This document shows, in pieces, positions 62,572-64,000 of a DNA stretch of 64,000 nucleotides; the first letter of the stretch is position 1, and every line of letters starts with the position of its first letter. The notes beneath the pieces were generated by a model that was given only the letters and a program-made list of their open reading frames with translations, was not told where the DNA came from and did no database searches. The position numbers were made by a program, and so were the translations under genes. Origin of the DNA: Patescibacteria group bacterium (GTDB lineage Bacteria; Patescibacteriota; Patescibacteriia; JBAZBY01); contig JBAZBY010000001.1 in the NCBI GenBank assembly GCA_041671225.1, positions 961,130 through 1,025,129 on the forward strand, given 5' to 3'.

Positions 62572-63941
62572 GATCTTTTGCGTGCCATAAGATAAAGAAT
62601 CCGCTTTGATTCAGGAATCGTTTCCTTGCGCAACGTAACAAAATATTCCTCAAATACGCGCTCAAAGCATTCTTGTGTGTATTCCGGAAAGACATCTTCC
62701 CGCGTCGCAAGTAATTTCTGTACGCGCGAATCTTCCTTTGGCACAAACTCAATGACAAGATGCTTTCCTGTTTGCACAAAAAAGGCAGCAAGTTCAGAGA
62801 GCGGAACGTTATTGCCGATGGCAAGATGATGGACAAGCGCAAGCGCAAGAGAAAGGTCTGCTGGACCGCGCGAAAGCAATGAACGGCGTTCGGCATGCGC
62901 CCATCCCAATGACGGACTGGGGTTTGTAAAATCCATAACAAGCGGCAGGATATTCTTTTCGCCTTTCTCGCGGATTGCACGATACCCCTTCTCCACGGCT
63001 GCCGGATCAATATCAAACGCGATGGTGGGAATCCCCTGCTGCGCAGCAAGCTGAGCAAACACGCCGGTATTTGCCCCAAGATCCCAGACCGACTCCGGGT
63101 GTACCTCTTTGATCGCGTCGTGGACAAGCTGCTCCTTTGCGGTAAAGGCATGATCTGTATAATTTGTCGCGCCATAATAGTCCGCCCATTCTGTTCCACC
63201 AGGTTCCCAGGAAAGACTTGAAATTGTTTTGCGAAGATTCTCCAGCAGTGCTTCCAAATTCCGCTTTGGCATTGTGCGCGTGCGTTGATTCTCTGCGCGA
63301 TCTGCGTATCGCGATTGCGTTCGCGCGTGAAGATGAATATGTGAAAGCAGCCCAAAATTCAACTTGGTTCGCTGCGGCAGCAATGTACTCGCAAGGTCAA
63401 GTGGCACACCGCCGAGATACAACCTTGTGAGTCCAGAAAGACGTACATCGCTATATGCCATGAGCGCCAACGGTGCAAGAAAATGTTCACAAAACTGGCG
63501 ATAGGCAACCCAAGGCCTGCCATCTGTATATGGCTCAAAGGAAAGTGAATCAATGAGTATCGGCTTGCCTGCCCTGAATTGAATATTAAATGCGCTCGCG
63601 TCCTTGAGTGTCATGTTATGAGCGAGTGCGATGCGTTGTATATCCAATGTCAGCAGCGCGGCATCCTGCAGCATCCCAAAAGACCACTCATAGGGATATG
63701 AAATGAATGAAAGAAACTCCGGCCGGATAACCTGATAACTTTTCTCCGTTTGGAGCGGAACTGCATCTACCTCCTCGTGTGGAAGTAAGAGTGCTTTGTC
63801 AATCAATGCCGTATAGAGTCCTCCATCCATGAACTGCCGGTAGGCATCCTTATAAGAATGATGCACCTCCCGATACAATATGCCTTCATTCCAAAAAAGA
63901 ACCCCACTAGGATCACGAAAGGAGCTCGATTCTTTATGCAT
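62568..63941 (-). CDS. Two-domain protein with C-terminal class I SAM-dependent methyltransferase fold
   Basis: VWDLGANTGVFAQLAAQQGIPTIAFDIDPAAVEKGY is a motif I GxGxG-like segment. N-terminal ~220 aa unknown. Confidence 0.5.
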   Translation of the reverse strand: MHKESSSFRDPSGVLFWNEGILYREVHHSYKDAYRQFMDGGLYTALIDKALLLPHEEVDAVPLQTEKSYQVIRPEFLSFISYPYEWSFGMLQDAALLTLDIQRIALAHNMTLKDASAFNIQFRAGKPILIDSLSFEPYTDGRPWVAYRQFCEHFLAPLALMAYSDVRLSGLTRLYLGGVPLDLASTLLPQRTKLNFGLLSHIHLHARTQSRYADRAENQRTRTMPKRNLEALLENLRKTISSLSWEPGGTEWADYYGATNYTDHAFTAKEQLVHDAIKEVHPESVWDLGANTGVFAQLAAQQGIPTIAFDIDPAAVEKGYRAIREKGEKNILPLVMDFTNPSPSLGWAHAERRSLLSRGPADLSLALALVHHLAIGNNVPLSELAAFFVQTGKHLVIEFVPKEDSRVQKLLATREDVFPEYTQECFERVFEEYFVTLRKETIPESKRILYLMARKRS

Positions 63942-64000
63942 ACTTCACGAAGCGCTTATTCTGTCTTTTCTTTTTCCTTGCTGCGCGAGAAGCGAGCAAA

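Noticed and set aside
62495-63355. 286-aa minus-strand ORF overlapping the methyltransferase gene in another frame
   Set aside because: Fully contained within the better-supported 62568..63941 CDS. Its translation is low-complexity (R/S/L-rich).

Overview
This 64-kb window looks like a chromosomal segment from a small-genome, Gram-positive-like or CPR/Patescibacteria-like bacterium. Baseline GC is about 48-50 %, with several patches near 60 %. It uses the standard genetic code, Shine-Dalgarno sites, and near-consensus TTGACA-N17-TATAAT-type promoters. I did not compute GC numerically; the values are read by eye.

Housekeeping content:
- a UvrD/PcrA helicase;
- an SOS cassette (small ORF, lexA, dinB) with a candidate direct-repeat operator;
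- tsaB, rplJ-rplL, UMP kinase, mltG, a mannose-1-phosphate guanylyltransferase, uppP and uppS, a polyprenyl synthase, rarA, xth, a YjjX-like NTPase, and trxB;
- an ABC-2 exporter, a CDF transporter, and three tRNAs (Phe, Val, Pro);
- a partial mraZ at the window start, preceded by a Pmra promoter with GTGGGG direct repeats.

Accessory content:
- two giant cell-surface proteins (2,036 and 1,065 aa) ending in LAATG / LAETG sorting signals, immediately followed by a sortase and an Ig-like membrane protein;
- a stand-alone OLD-family ATPase/Toprim nuclease;
- several secreted repeat proteins and pilin-like genes.

The most unusual region is a ~8.7-kb GC-rich island at 50.65-59.45 kb. It carries ten small plus-strand genes of unknown function. 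They form eight separately flanked units, bounded upstream by a conserved, highly structured ~80-250-nt module and downstream by a conserved post-stop hairpin. Copies differ by compensatory substitutions, which points to selection on RNA or DNA structure. Two tandem near-perfect sigma70 promoters sit at the island's 5' edge.

A second candidate novelty is a ~770-nt GC-rich segment between uvrD and mraZ. It has no credible ORF but has its own consensus promoter and an intrinsic terminator on the minus strand, so it may be a large structured ncRNA.

All coordinates were derived by hand from the printed sequence. Feature boundaries of regulatory elements may be off by a few bases.
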